The notes under the pieces are model-generated. The model saw only the letters and a list, made by a program, of their open reading frames with translations. It had not been told where the DNA came from and made no database searches. From sequence record SRR22947727_867: a stretch of 43,304 nucleotides of DNA. One strand, 5' to 3'. Of the stretch, positions 28,449 to 37,819 are shown one piece after another. Each line of letters starts with the position of its first letter. The first letter of the stretch is position 1. The translations under genes and the position numbers were made by a program.

Positions 28449-28673
28449 GTGGATATACGCATTGGAATTGTGAACACTGCCCGGGAACTGATGTTCCAGA
28501 CCACGCAGTCTGCTGCCGAGATTGAGAAAGCAATCGCTGACTCGGTGGGCTCGGACAGCGGAACGCTGCGCCTGGAAGATGAGAAGGGCCACATCTATGT
28601 GGTGCCCGCCAAAAACCTGGCATTCGTGGAGATCGGGCAAGAGAAAGCCCGCAAGGTCGGCTTCGCGCCCTAA
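28449..28673 (+). CDS. DUF3107 family protein
   Basis: MDIRIGI..TAREL...L.DEKG...VP...LAFVEIG....RKVGF; TACGCT 7 nt before the GTG. Confidence 0.9.
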   Translation: MDIRIGIVNTARELMFQTTQSAAEIEKAIADSVGSDSGTLRLEDEKGHIYVVPAKNLAFVEIGQEKARKVGFAP

Positions 28674-28676
28674 CCC

Positions 28677-28967
28677 ATGGAACTCGTCCTCGTCGTCACC
28701 TTCGCAGGCTTACTGGGCCTCGCCCTGCGCTACATCGTCCCCGGCAGGGACCTCCACGGTCTTGCCGTGATGCCCTCCGCTGGTGTCATTCTGGGATCTC
28801 TGGGGTGGCTGATTGCCATCTGGGTGGGTATCGACGCCGAAGGACCCTGGGGCTGGGTTATTGCCTTGGGCCTTGCCCTGGTGGGAACCACAGCGCTCGG
28901 AATTGTTCTCCCAAAGCGCCGAAAAGCAGCAGACGAAGCCCTCTGGGAAGAGCTCACCCGCTCCTAA
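28677..28967 (+). CDS. Small three-TM membrane protein
   Basis: Three hydrophobic segments, a PGRD loop and a basic C-terminal tail; 3 nt after DUF3107. Confidence 0.75.
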   Translation: MELVLVVTFAGLLGLALRYIVPGRDLHGLAVMPSAGVILGSLGWLIAIWVGIDAEGPWGWVIALGLALVGTTALGIVLPKRRKAADEALWEELTRS

Positions 28968-29686
28968 GCGGTGAGACCGAGGCGGTCCAATCGCCTCGTG
29001 TGCAGTGCCACCACATCGGTGAGCACTGGTTCTAGTCGAACCTCCGCGTCCACGTGAGCCATGGCGGCCTCCGAGAGTGCATCACGGCAGATCAACATGG
29101 TGTCCCCCACCAAACGACGACACCACAAGCTCAGCCGCGAGGAATACCGTCCGTCGACGGCGAGAAACCGCTCCAGCACGCCGGCCATCAAGTCCTCATC
29201 GCCCTCGTCTTTCAGGATGTCCTGGAGGACGCTCGTGACCTCAGGGTCGAAACCCGTCGCGAGGCGGTGCCAAAAATCTCTCGTGAAGCCGGTCACCACG
29301 TAGGCGGTGCCCACTCCTTCGTACCAACGGGTGCTCTCCAGGCGATCCAGGTGGGCAGCAAGCCGATCCCTGGGACCCGAGAGAGCGGCGGCCACGTCCT
29401 CCACATAGTCCTCGAGCATCGTGCGAAGACGTCGATATCGATCCATCGCGCGACCGGAGGCGAGCCCCAGATCATCGGCGTCCTCGGACCCCCAGGCTCC
29501 CCCCGAGAGCACCGAAAGTTTCGAGGCGAGGGCTTGCTGCAAGACGCACGCCCCCGCAAGATAGTCCGCCAAGGGGGGCGCTAGAGCTCCCAGATCGACT
29601 TTGGACGCGGCACTCTCGTCATCGCGTGGGGTAATCGAGAACGCAGGCCGATCGGCCTTTTTCTTTTTCCACGACCACCACGGCAT
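28964..29686 (-). CDS. Ferritin-like fold protein (MiaE-like actinobacterial family)
   Basis: WYEG...YV..G...DFW, SRLSLWCRRLVGD and HTRRLDRLGLTA motifs; conserved position divergent from the DEAD helicase. Confidence 0.8.
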   Translation of the reverse strand: MPWWSWKKKKADRPAFSITPRDDESAASKVDLGALAPPLADYLAGACVLQQALASKLSVLSGGAWGSEDADDLGLASGRAMDRYRRLRTMLEDYVEDVAAALSGPRDRLAAHLDRLESTRWYEGVGTAYVVTGFTRDFWHRLATGFDPEVTSVLQDILKDEGDEDLMAGVLERFLAVDGRYSSRLSLWCRRLVGDTMLICRDALSEAAMAHVDAEVRLEPVLTDVVALHTRRLDRLGLTA

Positions 29687-29777
29687 TGAACCAGCTTAGC
29701 TACCAGCAGACTGTTCGCTCATAGCCTCCACCCTCTAGACTGGGGGGACATTAGAGAACAAAAGGATCCCCTTACAC

Positions 29778-31112
29778 GTGAATTTTTCCGACCTCGGTAT
29801 CGAAGCCGACCTGGTCGAGGCGCTTGCTAGCAAAAGCATCATCGAACCTTTTCCTATTCAGGAACAAACCATCCCCATTGCCCTCACTGGCCAAGACATT
29901 ATTGGTCAGGCCAAGACGGGAACAGGCAAAACCTTCGGTTTTGGTCTCCCCCTCATTCAACGCTTAGGTCTTGACCCCGAGAAGGGCGTCAAGGCCCTGA
30001 TTGTGGTTCCCACGAGGGAACTCGCCGTCCAGGTCACAGAAGACATGGAATTGGCAACCAAGAACCGCTCCACCACCGTGGTCTCGATTTATGGTGGCAA
30101 AGCGTATGAGGGCCAGATTGAGCAGATTCAGGCGGGCGCCCAGATTGTGGTGGGAACACCCGGTCGCCTTTTGGATTTGGCGTCCCAACGGCTGATTTCG
30201 TTCAAGGACATCCAGGTGATGGTCTTGGACGAAGCGGACAAGATGTTGGATCTGGGTTTCCTCCCCGATGTGGAGAAGTTGTTCTCGCAAACACCGGCCA
30301 CCCGTCACACGATGCTCTTCTCGGCCACCATGCCGGGTCCTGTGGTGACACTGGCGAGGCGTTTCATGCAGAAGCCCATCCACATCCGGGCTTCGGACCC
30401 CGATGAGAGCCTCACTCAGGCCAACATTGAGCACTTTGTCTATCGCGCCCACCAAATGGACAAGGACGAGGTCATTGGCCGCATCCTCCAGTCCGAGGGT
30501 CGCGGCAAGACCGTCATCTTCACCCGCACCAAGCGCGCCGCCGCGCGACTCATGGAGGAGCTCAACGACCGCGGTTTCTCCGCTGGCTCTGTCCACGGTG
30601 ACATGAGCCAGGACGCTCGTGAGCGCTCCATGGCCGGGTTCAAAGCGGGCAAGAAAGATGTCCTCATCGCCACCGATGTCGCTGCCCGCGGTATCGATGT
30701 GGATGATGTCACCCACGTCATTAACCACACCATCCCCGAGGATGACAAAGCGTATTTGCACCGCGTGGGCCGCACCGGTCGCGCTGGGAAAACAGGCATT
30801 GCCGTGACATTTGTGGACTGGGATGACCTCCACAAGTGGGCACTCATCAACAAAGCCCTGGAGATGGGTATTCCGGAGCCCGTGGAGACCTACTCCTCAT
30901 CCCCTCACTTGTTTGAGGATCTCAAGATCGCTCCGGGGACAAAGGGTCGCTTGAAAGCAACACCCATCCCCCAGAAGGAAAAGCGTGCGGGGCAGCCACC
31001 GCGAACTCCCCGGGAGCCTCAAAAGAACCCCCGCGCCCACGATTCCTCCGACCAGGGTGACACCCGAGGCCGAGCTCGAACGCGTCAGCGTCGCCGCACG
31101 ACCCCTAGCTAA
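29778..31112 (+). CDS. DEAD-box RNA helicase (RhlE-like)
   Basis: Q motif PFPIQ, AKTGTGKT, PTRELA, TPGRL, DEAD, SAT, ARGID, HRVGRTGR; basic C-terminal tail. Confidence 0.96.
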   Translation: MNFSDLGIEADLVEALASKSIIEPFPIQEQTIPIALTGQDIIGQAKTGTGKTFGFGLPLIQRLGLDPEKGVKALIVVPTRELAVQVTEDMELATKNRSTTVVSIYGGKAYEGQIEQIQAGAQIVVGTPGRLLDLASQRLISFKDIQVMVLDEADKMLDLGFLPDVEKLFSQTPATRHTMLFSATMPGPVVTLARRFMQKPIHIRASDPDESLTQANIEHFVYRAHQMDKDEVIGRILQSEGRGKTVIFTRTKRAAARLMEELNDRGFSAGSVHGDMSQDARERSMAGFKAGKKDVLIATDVAARGIDVDDVTHVINHTIPEDDKAYLHRVGRTGRAGKTGIAVTFVDWDDLHKWALINKALEMGIPEPVETYSSSPHLFEDLKIAPGTKGRLKATPIPQKEKRAGQPPRTPREPQKNPRAHDSSDQGDTRGRARTRQRRRTTPS

Positions 31113-31998
31113 TTGGCGCCACTCCAGTGACCTGCTCGAGAATGCGCTCGAGCTGAGATTCCTCCGTGGTGTTCTCCCCCAGCTGGTTGGGTTTTCTGGT
31201 GCCGTGGTAATCACTGGACCCCGTGACGATGAGCGAGAACTCCGAAGCGACCGCCCGCAGAACCTCTTTGCCCTCGTCCGTATTCTCTCGGTGGTCGATC
31301 TCTAGCCCCGCGAGCCCTGCTTCCACAAACACCTGATAGTCCTCCAACACTCGGGAGAGTGCCCGGTCGTGTCGTACTGCGCCAGAGCGAGCACCCGTAT
31401 ACGGGTGGGCAAGCACGGGAACGCCGCCCGCCTCCACAATCACCTGCAGGGCGCGGTGCAGCCTCGGTGCGTAATGGGGGACGTGGTAGGGGCCATCAGC
31501 ACGCAGGGGTCCGGCAAAGGCTGCACTGGTGTCCGGAAAATATCCTTTGTCGATTAGCACCTGAGCGATATGGGGTCGACCGGGGGTGGCGCCAGGCGGC
31601 ATCGCCTGGCTCACCTCTTCCCAACTCAGGTCAAAATCGCTGCCAAGCTTCTCCACCATCAACCTCAGGCGGTCATCGCGGTGAGAGCGAATTTTCTCCA
31701 TTTCGCCCGCCAAGACAGCATTGCTCGCATCCACTCCATACCCGAGGAGGTGAACACTGCGGGGAATCGCTCCCGCTTCCCCATCGATTACTTGGGCGCT
31801 CAGCTCGATCCCTGGAAGCAGCATCATGCCGGAGCCAGACACCGCTTCCGCGGCTTCTGAGAGCCCGCTCATGGTGTCGTGATCGGTCAGGGCAAGAACA
31901 TCAAGACCCGACGCTATGGCGTGAGCTATCAACTCTGCAGGGCGGTCATCACCATCGGAGGCGGTGGTGTGAGCGTGGAGGTCGATAACTGCTGGCAC
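31105..31998 (-). CDS. PHP-domain phosphoesterase (YciV/TrpH-like)
   Basis: DLHAHTTASDG, LTDHD, GIELS, HLLGY, GRPH, LAHP and GSSDYHG motifs. Confidence 0.9.
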   Translation of the reverse strand: MPAVIDLHAHTTASDGDDRPAELIAHAIASGLDVLALTDHDTMSGLSEAAEAVSGSGMMLLPGIELSAQVIDGEAGAIPRSVHLLGYGVDASNAVLAGEMEKIRSHRDDRLRLMVEKLGSDFDLSWEEVSQAMPPGATPGRPHIAQVLIDKGYFPDTSAAFAGPLRADGPYHVPHYAPRLHRALQVIVEAGGVPVLAHPYTGARSGAVRHDRALSRVLEDYQVFVEAGLAGLEIDHRENTDEGKEVLRAVASEFSLIVTGSSDYHGTRKPNQLGENTTEESQLERILEQVTGVAPIS

Positions 31999-32027
31999 GC
32001 CTCCATGCTAGGTGCCAGACTAGAGAG

Positions 32028-33476
32028 ATGGCCGAGCCTTCCTCTTCAGAACCGCGGGAGAATCGCTCCACCACCCCCATCTCTGAGGCTTTTCGCGACT
32101 TTGTCCAGACCGGCTGGAGTGCGCCCGATTCGCCCACGCCACACCCGCTCGAGCACGCTCCCCGTGTGGCCCAGAGACGCGAGAAGCTCAGTGCAAAATT
32201 CCCCGGGGTGACGCTCATCATCCCCGCAGGGTCCACCCGAGTGCGCTCGAACGATACGGATTACCCCTACCGCCCCCATACTGCTTTCGCCTATCTCACC
32301 GGGTGGGGGTCTGGGACCACGCCCGGCAGCATTGTGCTGGGAACTCCCCACGGTGATGCTCACCAGTGGCAACTCTTTGTGTTGCCACCCGCCCCTCGCA
32401 CCAGTGACGAGTTCTATGCCAACCCGGCTCTCGGTGAATTTTGGACCGGTCGGCGCCCTGGCCTCCAGGATGTGGGAATCTGGCTTGGCCTTGACACCCG
32501 CGACCTGGCGGACTGGTCCCTGACAGATCTCGACCTGGAGAGCAGTGCCATCATCGCCGACGCCTCGGAGCGGCTCACCCGAGAGCTCAGAGATAGACGA
32601 GGCACCGAGGACTCGAGTGCTGATGATCACCTGGCCGAGGTGATCAGCGAAATGCGACTGGTCAAAGATGACTACGAGATTGTGGAGCTCCAAGAGGCCG
32701 TTGCGGGAACCCATCGAGGCTTCCAGGACATCATCGACGCGCTCCCCACTGCCATCGGACACCCGCGAGGAGAGCGCATCGTGGAGGGCGCTTTCCACGC
32801 TCGAGCAAGACTCGAGGGCAACGATGTTGGGTATGGCACCATTGCCGCCAGTGGGTCCCACGCCTGTATCTTGCACTGGGTCACCAATGATGGCCCGGTC
32901 AGCCCCGGGGACCTACTGCTCGTCGATGCCGGTGTCGAGAGAGACTCTCTCTACACCGCTGACATCACCCGCACCCTCCCGGTGTCGGGAACGTTCACCC
33001 AGACACAGCGCCTTGTCTATGACGCAGTGGTGGAGGCGGCGGACGCTGCGTTCCAGGTCGTCAAGCCGGGTGCGATATTCCGAGAGATTCACCAGGCAGC
33101 TATGGCGGTCATCGCCAGGAAAGTTTCCGAGTGGGGTTTCCTCCCGGTGAGCCTTGACGAGGCTCTGGCACCGGAAGGCCAACACCACCGTCGCTACATG
33201 ATTCACGGCACCAGCCACCACCTCGGCCTGGATGTTCACGATTGCGCGCAGGCACGACGCGAGATGTATCTCGAGGGTGTGCTGGAGCCTGGCATGGTGT
33301 TCACGATCGAGCCAGGCCTGTATTTCCAGCCCGATGATGAGAGCGTTCCCCCCGAGTGGAGGGGTATTGGCGTTCGACTCGAGGACAACATTCTTGTTAC
33401 TGAGACCGGAGCGCTCAACCTGTCGGCGGCGATTCCTCGCACCGCCAGCGAGATCGAAGCCTGGCTTCGCGCCTAG
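32028..33476 (+). CDS. pepP: Xaa-Pro aminopeptidase P
   Basis: RSNDTDYPYR, LHW, LVDAG, YTADITRT, HGTSHHLGLDVHD, TIEPGLY and GVRLEDNI motifs. Confidence 0.93.
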   Translation: MAEPSSSEPRENRSTTPISEAFRDFVQTGWSAPDSPTPHPLEHAPRVAQRREKLSAKFPGVTLIIPAGSTRVRSNDTDYPYRPHTAFAYLTGWGSGTTPGSIVLGTPHGDAHQWQLFVLPPAPRTSDEFYANPALGEFWTGRRPGLQDVGIWLGLDTRDLADWSLTDLDLESSAIIADASERLTRELRDRRGTEDSSADDHLAEVISEMRLVKDDYEIVELQEAVAGTHRGFQDIIDALPTAIGHPRGERIVEGAFHARARLEGNDVGYGTIAASGSHACILHWVTNDGPVSPGDLLLVDAGVERDSLYTADITRTLPVSGTFTQTQRLVYDAVVEAADAAFQVVKPGAIFREIHQAAMAVIARKVSEWGFLPVSLDEALAPEGQHHRRYMIHGTSHHLGLDVHDCAQARREMYLEGVLEPGMVFTIEPGLYFQPDDESVPPEWRGIGVRLEDNILVTETGALNLSAAIPRTASEIEAWLRA

Positions 33477-33499
33477 CCTCAGTACACTGGGAGTCGCCA

Positions 33500-33581
33500 G
33501 CGGGAGTGGTGAAATTGGCAGACACGCAGGATTTAGGTTCCTGTGCCTTCGGGCGTGAGGGTTCAAGTCCCTTCTTCCGCA
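33500..33581 (+). tRNA. tRNA-Leu (TAG), CCA not encoded
   Basis: GCGGGAGTGGTGAAATTGGCAGACACGCAGGATTTAGGTTCCTGTGCCTTCGGGCGTGAGGGTTCAAGTCCCTTCTTCCGCA; long variable arm; TACACT -10 just upstream. Confidence 0.96.
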
Positions 33582-33590
33582 CTCAGTTCG

Positions 33591-34409
33591 TCAAACCATG
33601 AACAGCACGAGAGAGGCTGCCATCACCGCCATGCCGGCAATCATGCCGTAGATGGCGAGGTGGGCATTGCCATATTGCCGTGCAGCGGGAAGAAGACTGT
33701 CAATCGAGATATAGACCATGATTCCCGCCACCACCGCAAACACGATTCCCAAGACTTGGTCCGTGATGAACGGCTGGAGAATCGCGTAGCCAATGATGGC
33801 TCCGAGTGGCTCCGCAAGGCCCGAAAGCGCACCAAAACCAAACGCGAGCTTACGATTGCGCGTCGCGTAGTAAATCGGGACGACCACCGCAATTCCCTCA
33901 GGGATGTTGTGAATCGCGATCGCTAAGGCGACCGAGATTCCCACCTGAGGGTCGTCAAGGGTAAGAAAGAACGTGGCCATTCCTTCGGGAAAGTTGTGCA
34001 ACGTCACCGCCAGGGCAACCCCGAGGCCCGCTTTGAACAGCAGCCTGTCAGCAACCAGGACGGGTCCTTCTTCTCCCGGAAGTTTGGTCTGTGGGTTCGT
34101 CAGCTCAGGATGCTCGAGGTCGGGGATAAGCCGATACATCAGCGCCATGCCCGCCAGGCCAGCGAGAAATGCTCCCGCCGTTGTCATCGCGCCCGCGAAA
34201 TCTCCCGAGCTCTGGGTGATGTAGTCCCCCGCTTTGGGAAGAATCTCGACGAACGAGACGTAAATCATCACTCCAGCAGAAAAACCCAGGGCAACCGCCA
34301 AAAAGTGGCGATTCGTGTGCTTCGCAAACAGCCCTACACCGGCCCCCACGGCGGTGGCAAGGCCAGCGCCGAGGGTCACGAGAAAGGCGAAGAGAACTGC
34401 GGATTCCAT
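33591..34409 (-). CDS. zupT: ZIP-family divalent metal transporter
   Basis: GFSAGVMIYVSFVEI, LHNFPEG, IHNIPEG, SGLAEPLGA and VAGIMVYIS motifs. Confidence 0.93.
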   Translation of the reverse strand: MESAVLFAFLVTLGAGLATAVGAGVGLFAKHTNRHFLAVALGFSAGVMIYVSFVEILPKAGDYITQSSGDFAGAMTTAGAFLAGLAGMALMYRLIPDLEHPELTNPQTKLPGEEGPVLVADRLLFKAGLGVALAVTLHNFPEGMATFFLTLDDPQVGISVALAIAIHNIPEGIAVVVPIYYATRNRKLAFGFGALSGLAEPLGAIIGYAILQPFITDQVLGIVFAVVAGIMVYISIDSLLPAARQYGNAHLAIYGMIAGMAVMAASLVLFMV

Positions 34410-34520
34410 GGTGCTCTGACAGTATCAGCGCAGTTGTCCAGCTCCCTGGCTCCACCCCGAAAATCCACCAGACGCTCAGGGGCTCCCTCGCAACAACACA
34501 GCATGACTCACACTGCAGGG

Positions 34521-34994
34521 ATGATTACTGGCGCCTTCCTGCTTGTCCTCCTTGTGCTCCTCCCTCCTGTCCCTGATGCGATCTGGGAGTGGCCCACCGA
34601 AGGCGACCAGAGAGTGCTGCGAGATTTCCGCGCGCCCAGCACTCCCTGGGGTCCAGGCCACCGCGGTCTCGACCTGGCGGCCTCTGGAGCGGACATCGTT
34701 GCCCCCGCGACAGGGGTGGTGAGCTTTAGCGGGCTGGTCGCCACCCGAGGTGTGCTGACCCTTCGAACCCCGGAGGGAATCCTCATCAGCATGGAACCGG
34801 TGGAGTCTCTGGTGAAGCTCGGTGATCGGGTGAAGGCCGGTGACCTGATCGCTACCGTTCAACCCGGACATTGCCCTCAGCTGTGCCTGCATCTCGGACT
34901 CCGAGAGGGTGGGGAGTATCGCTCAGCACGGCGCGAGTTAGGGATTCTCCAGCGCAGTGTGTTGCTGCCTCTCGGTGACTACGCCCGAGGGTGA
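34521..34994 (+). CDS. Secreted M23 family peptidase
   Basis: Signal-like N-terminus, WEWP, GHRGLDL (HxxxD), EPV, CLHLGLR (HxH-like). ATG 34521 lies 6 nt after CACACT; ATG 34503 is an alternative. Convergent with xerC as usual. Confidence 0.85.
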   Translation: MITGAFLLVLLVLLPPVPDAIWEWPTEGDQRVLRDFRAPSTPWGPGHRGLDLAASGADIVAPATGVVSFSGLVATRGVLTLRTPEGILISMEPVESLVKLGDRVKAGDLIATVQPGHCPQLCLHLGLREGGEYRSARRELGILQRSVLLPLGDYARG

Positions 34995-35884
34995 GCTTGC
35001 TGGTAGGCCTCGGTGAGACGCTCGTTGGAGACGTGGGTATAGATCTGCGTGGTCCCCAGTGATGCGTGCCCGAGGAGCTCTTGCACGCTACGTAAATCAG
35101 CACCACCATCGAGGAGGTGGGTGGCAGCCGTGTGACGCAGAGTGTGAGGACCCAGCGGTCCCACACCTGGAATATCAGCCAGAAGAGTGGCCACTACTTG
35201 GTACACACTGCGCTGACCAAGTGGCTTACCTCGGGTCGAGAGAAACATCACAGGGCTCTGCCCCTCGCCCAGGAGTGTCCCCCTGGCGTGATTGAGGTAG
35301 CGACGCAGTGCTGACACAGCGGGTGCGCCGAGGGGCACCATCCGCTCTTTGTTTCCCTTTCCTACCACTCGTAGTGTGCGGGACTCAAGATCGACGCCTT
35401 CGAGCATGAGCCCGACAAGTTCGCTGACCCGGATGGCGCTGGCATAGAGGACTTCCACTATGGCGAGATCTCGAACTGCGACAGGATCCCCCGTCTCGGC
35501 GTGGGTCTTCAAAGACTGGAAAATCTCCTCCATGTGGCGCCTAGTCAATACTCGAGGCAGAGACCTGGAGGCTCCCGGAGCACGCAGTCGAATCCCGACA
35601 TCACCATCGGTGTGACCCTCGCGGGCCATCCAGGCAGTAAAGCCTTTCAGAGCAGAGACTTTGCGTCGCAACGAAGACCCGGCCATCCCTCCTTCGGCCA
35701 ATGACCAGACCCAGGATCGAGCGAGCTCCGCATCCACTTCGTCGAGGCTCTCCACTCGCTGATCGCTAGCGAAGGCAGCGAACTGGAGAATGTCTTTCCC
35801 GTAGGCAGACAGCGAATTATCTGAGAGCAACCGGGAGCGCTCGAGGTGATCGAGGTAGGTGTGGGCAACCCGGAGCAGGTTCAT
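34979..35884 (-). CDS. xerC: Tyrosine recombinase XerC
   Basis: LPRVL, RDLAIVEVLY...RVSEL, GKGNKER, HTLRH..ATHLL, QELLGH and TTQIY motifs; dprA-xerC-M23 context. Confidence 0.9.
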   Translation of the reverse strand: MNLLRVAHTYLDHLERSRLLSDNSLSAYGKDILQFAAFASDQRVESLDEVDAELARSWVWSLAEGGMAGSSLRRKVSALKGFTAWMAREGHTDGDVGIRLRAPGASRSLPRVLTRRHMEEIFQSLKTHAETGDPVAVRDLAIVEVLYASAIRVSELVGLMLEGVDLESRTLRVVGKGNKERMVPLGAPAVSALRRYLNHARGTLLGEGQSPVMFLSTRGKPLGQRSVYQVVATLLADIPGVGPLGPHTLRHTAATHLLDGGADLRSVQELLGHASLGTTQIYTHVSNERLTEAYQQAHPRA

Positions 35885-35887
35885 GCC

Positions 35888-36826
35888 TCAAAAACCAGAT
35901 TGTTGCTGATCGGATCGTCGATTGAAGTCGGAATTCTTGTTGCTAAACATTTCCCGGCGCTCCTCGGGAGTCATCGCCTCAATCATGGGTCGGTAACTGG
36001 ACTCATAAGAGGTGAGTTCGGGCTCGTCGTCCATGGGCACTTGGGAGAACACGACCTGGTCGGGATACACGTGAACCAGGGACGCTGAGAGTGAATTGGC
36101 TTTGGCCGACAAGATCTTCGAGGAATCCGCCACCAAATCGATGTTGTAGCAGGACGCAGCAGAGACCGAGACCGGAACACCGGCAAAAGTCGAAAACGTG
36201 GAATAGTGCAGGTGCCCTGCGAGCACACCCCTCACATCACTACCGCTCACAACCTCGGCAAGCGCAGCCTGATCCTCCAGTTCAATCAAGCCCATCAAAT
36301 CAATCGGGGTAGGAATGGGGGGATGGTGGAGGGCGAGCAGAGTCCCGCTGGGTGCAGGTTTTGCCAATTGCTCACGCAACCAGGATCGCTGGCCTTCCGT
36401 GATTTGACCGTGGTGGTAGCCGGGAACGGAAGAGTCCAAAACAATAAGCCTCAGGCCCCCCAGCATGACAACTCGATCCCTCGGCTCCACCGAGGGTTGC
36501 TCGCGCAACAGCACTTCCGTGAACGGCTCGCGCTCGTCGTGGTTCCCCATCACCCACACAAGCTCCGCCTCAAGCTTTGCAGCCCACGGCTCAATGAGGT
36601 CACGCAGGCGTTGATAGGCATCTACTTCAGCGCGATCGGCGAGGTCTCCGGTGAAGACCAAAGCGTCGACACTCATCTCGCTGGCATGCAACCGCTCCAT
36701 CAAACGCTCGAGCGGGCTATCAGAGTCAATCTGGTCATAGAGTTTCCGACCTGAACCCAAGAAGTGAGTGTCACTGAGGTGAACGATCAGGTGCTCAGCC
36801 CCGGGGTGTTGACTGAAGGCGGTCAT
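35888..36826 (-). CDS. Calcineurin-like metallophosphoesterase (CpdA/GpdQ-like phosphodiesterase)
   Basis: HLSDTH, TGDLAD, MGNHD, HHPP and GHLH motifs. Confidence 0.9.
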   Translation of the reverse strand: MTAFSQHPGAEHLIVHLSDTHFLGSGRKLYDQIDSDSPLERLMERLHASEMSVDALVFTGDLADRAEVDAYQRLRDLIEPWAAKLEAELVWVMGNHDEREPFTEVLLREQPSVEPRDRVVMLGGLRLIVLDSSVPGYHHGQITEGQRSWLREQLAKPAPSGTLLALHHPPIPTPIDLMGLIELEDQAALAEVVSGSDVRGVLAGHLHYSTFSTFAGVPVSVSAASCYNIDLVADSSKILSAKANSLSASLVHVYPDQVVFSQVPMDDEPELTSYESSYRPMIEAMTPEERREMFSNKNSDFNRRSDQQQSGF

Positions 36827-36841
36827 GGTGTTCTCTGACTT

Positions 36842-37819
36842 CTAGATTGTTGTGGGATGGGTGACTCCTGGAATAACCAGCGAGATGTCTGCCGGTTCAG
36901 TCAGGACAATCGCACCACACTCTCGGTAGATTCGCCAACACCCGGCCGAGCGTGTGTCATTCCAGAGCCCTGGAACAACTCCTACATGGCGACCTAGGGC
37001 TGCAGCGTGATAAGCGACACTGATGGCTCCCGAGCGATATTCCGCCTGCACCACGACAACACCGTCCGCGAGGGCTGCTATCACTCGATTGCGAGCCAAT
37101 AACCCTTCGACTGTTGGTGGCACCGTTGCGGGAACTTCTGAGACCAGCGCACCACGCTGAAGGACACGAGCAAACAGGGACGCGTTGTCAGGTGGGTAAA
37201 CGCTCTCCAGCCCTCCTGCGACCACCGCAACACTGATTCCTCCGCCGTTGACCGCACGACGGTGAGCGTCAGTGGAAATGCCCTGTGTTCCACCGCTGAG
37301 AATGGTGAAGCCCTTCTCCAGAGCCCAAGCCGACAGGGCGATGGCCGCTTGTCGACCGGATCGGGTGGGCCTCGAGCTCCCCACAATGGCCACACCCTGT
37401 GCTCCGGTGGCCTGATGCAGACTTCCCTTCACCCAGAGGGTGGAGGGGGCGTGCTCACCAAGGTCACCCAGCCGTTGCGGCCACCAGGGATGCTCCGGAG
37501 ATATGGCGGTGATGTCATGCTCGAGCTGAATATCGAGCGCTCGTTGCACACGATCGGCCGAGTATCGGGATCGATAAGTGCGCAGTGACTCAGGTGACAC
37601 CTGTCCGTCCTGGAGAGTTGCAGAAAGACGTCTCCTGAGTGCGCGGAAGTTTGGTGTGCCGAGCACCTGACCCAGTGCCTCGATGGGACCGAGCTCGTGG
37701 TTCAGGTGCCACGCGAGAGTATCCGCAGGATCAGCGATGAGTCCCCAGGCAGTCCTCGCGCGCAACTCGTGAGCATCCATGCCACAGGGTGACAGAGGCG
37801 TTACAGACACGCCCTCCAT
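36842..37819 (-). CDS. dprA: DNA-processing protein DprA (divergent, C-terminally short)
   Basis: WP..L.DL...AP..LW..G, VAIVG, SGG..GI...AH, YP..N, SEVP, RNRVIAAL and SGA motifs. Start uncertain (37819 or 37780). Confidence 0.85.
   Translation of the reverse strand: MEGVSVTPLSPCGMDAHELRARTAWGLIADPADTLAWHLNHELGPIEALGQVLGTPNFRALRRRLSATLQDGQVSPESLRTYRSRYSADRVQRALDIQLEHDITAISPEHPWWPQRLGDLGEHAPSTLWVKGSLHQATGAQGVAIVGSSRPTRSGRQAAIALSAWALEKGFTILSGGTQGISTDAHRRAVNGGGISVAVVAGGLESVYPPDNASLFARVLQRGALVSEVPATVPPTVEGLLARNRVIAALADGVVVVQAEYRSGAISVAYHAAALGRHVGVVPGLWNDTRSAGCWRIYRECGAIVLTEPADISLVIPGVTHPTTI

Noticed and set aside
33996-34520. N-terminal extension of the 332-aa ORF containing M23
   Set aside because: Overlaps zupT on the opposite strand; the signal peptide and -10 element point to a start at 34521 or 34503.
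34979-35884. Tyrosine recombinase near tRNA-Leu as a possible island integrase
   Set aside because: About 300 aa with XerC-like motifs in the conserved dprA-xerC-M23 context; no att duplication or phage cargo.
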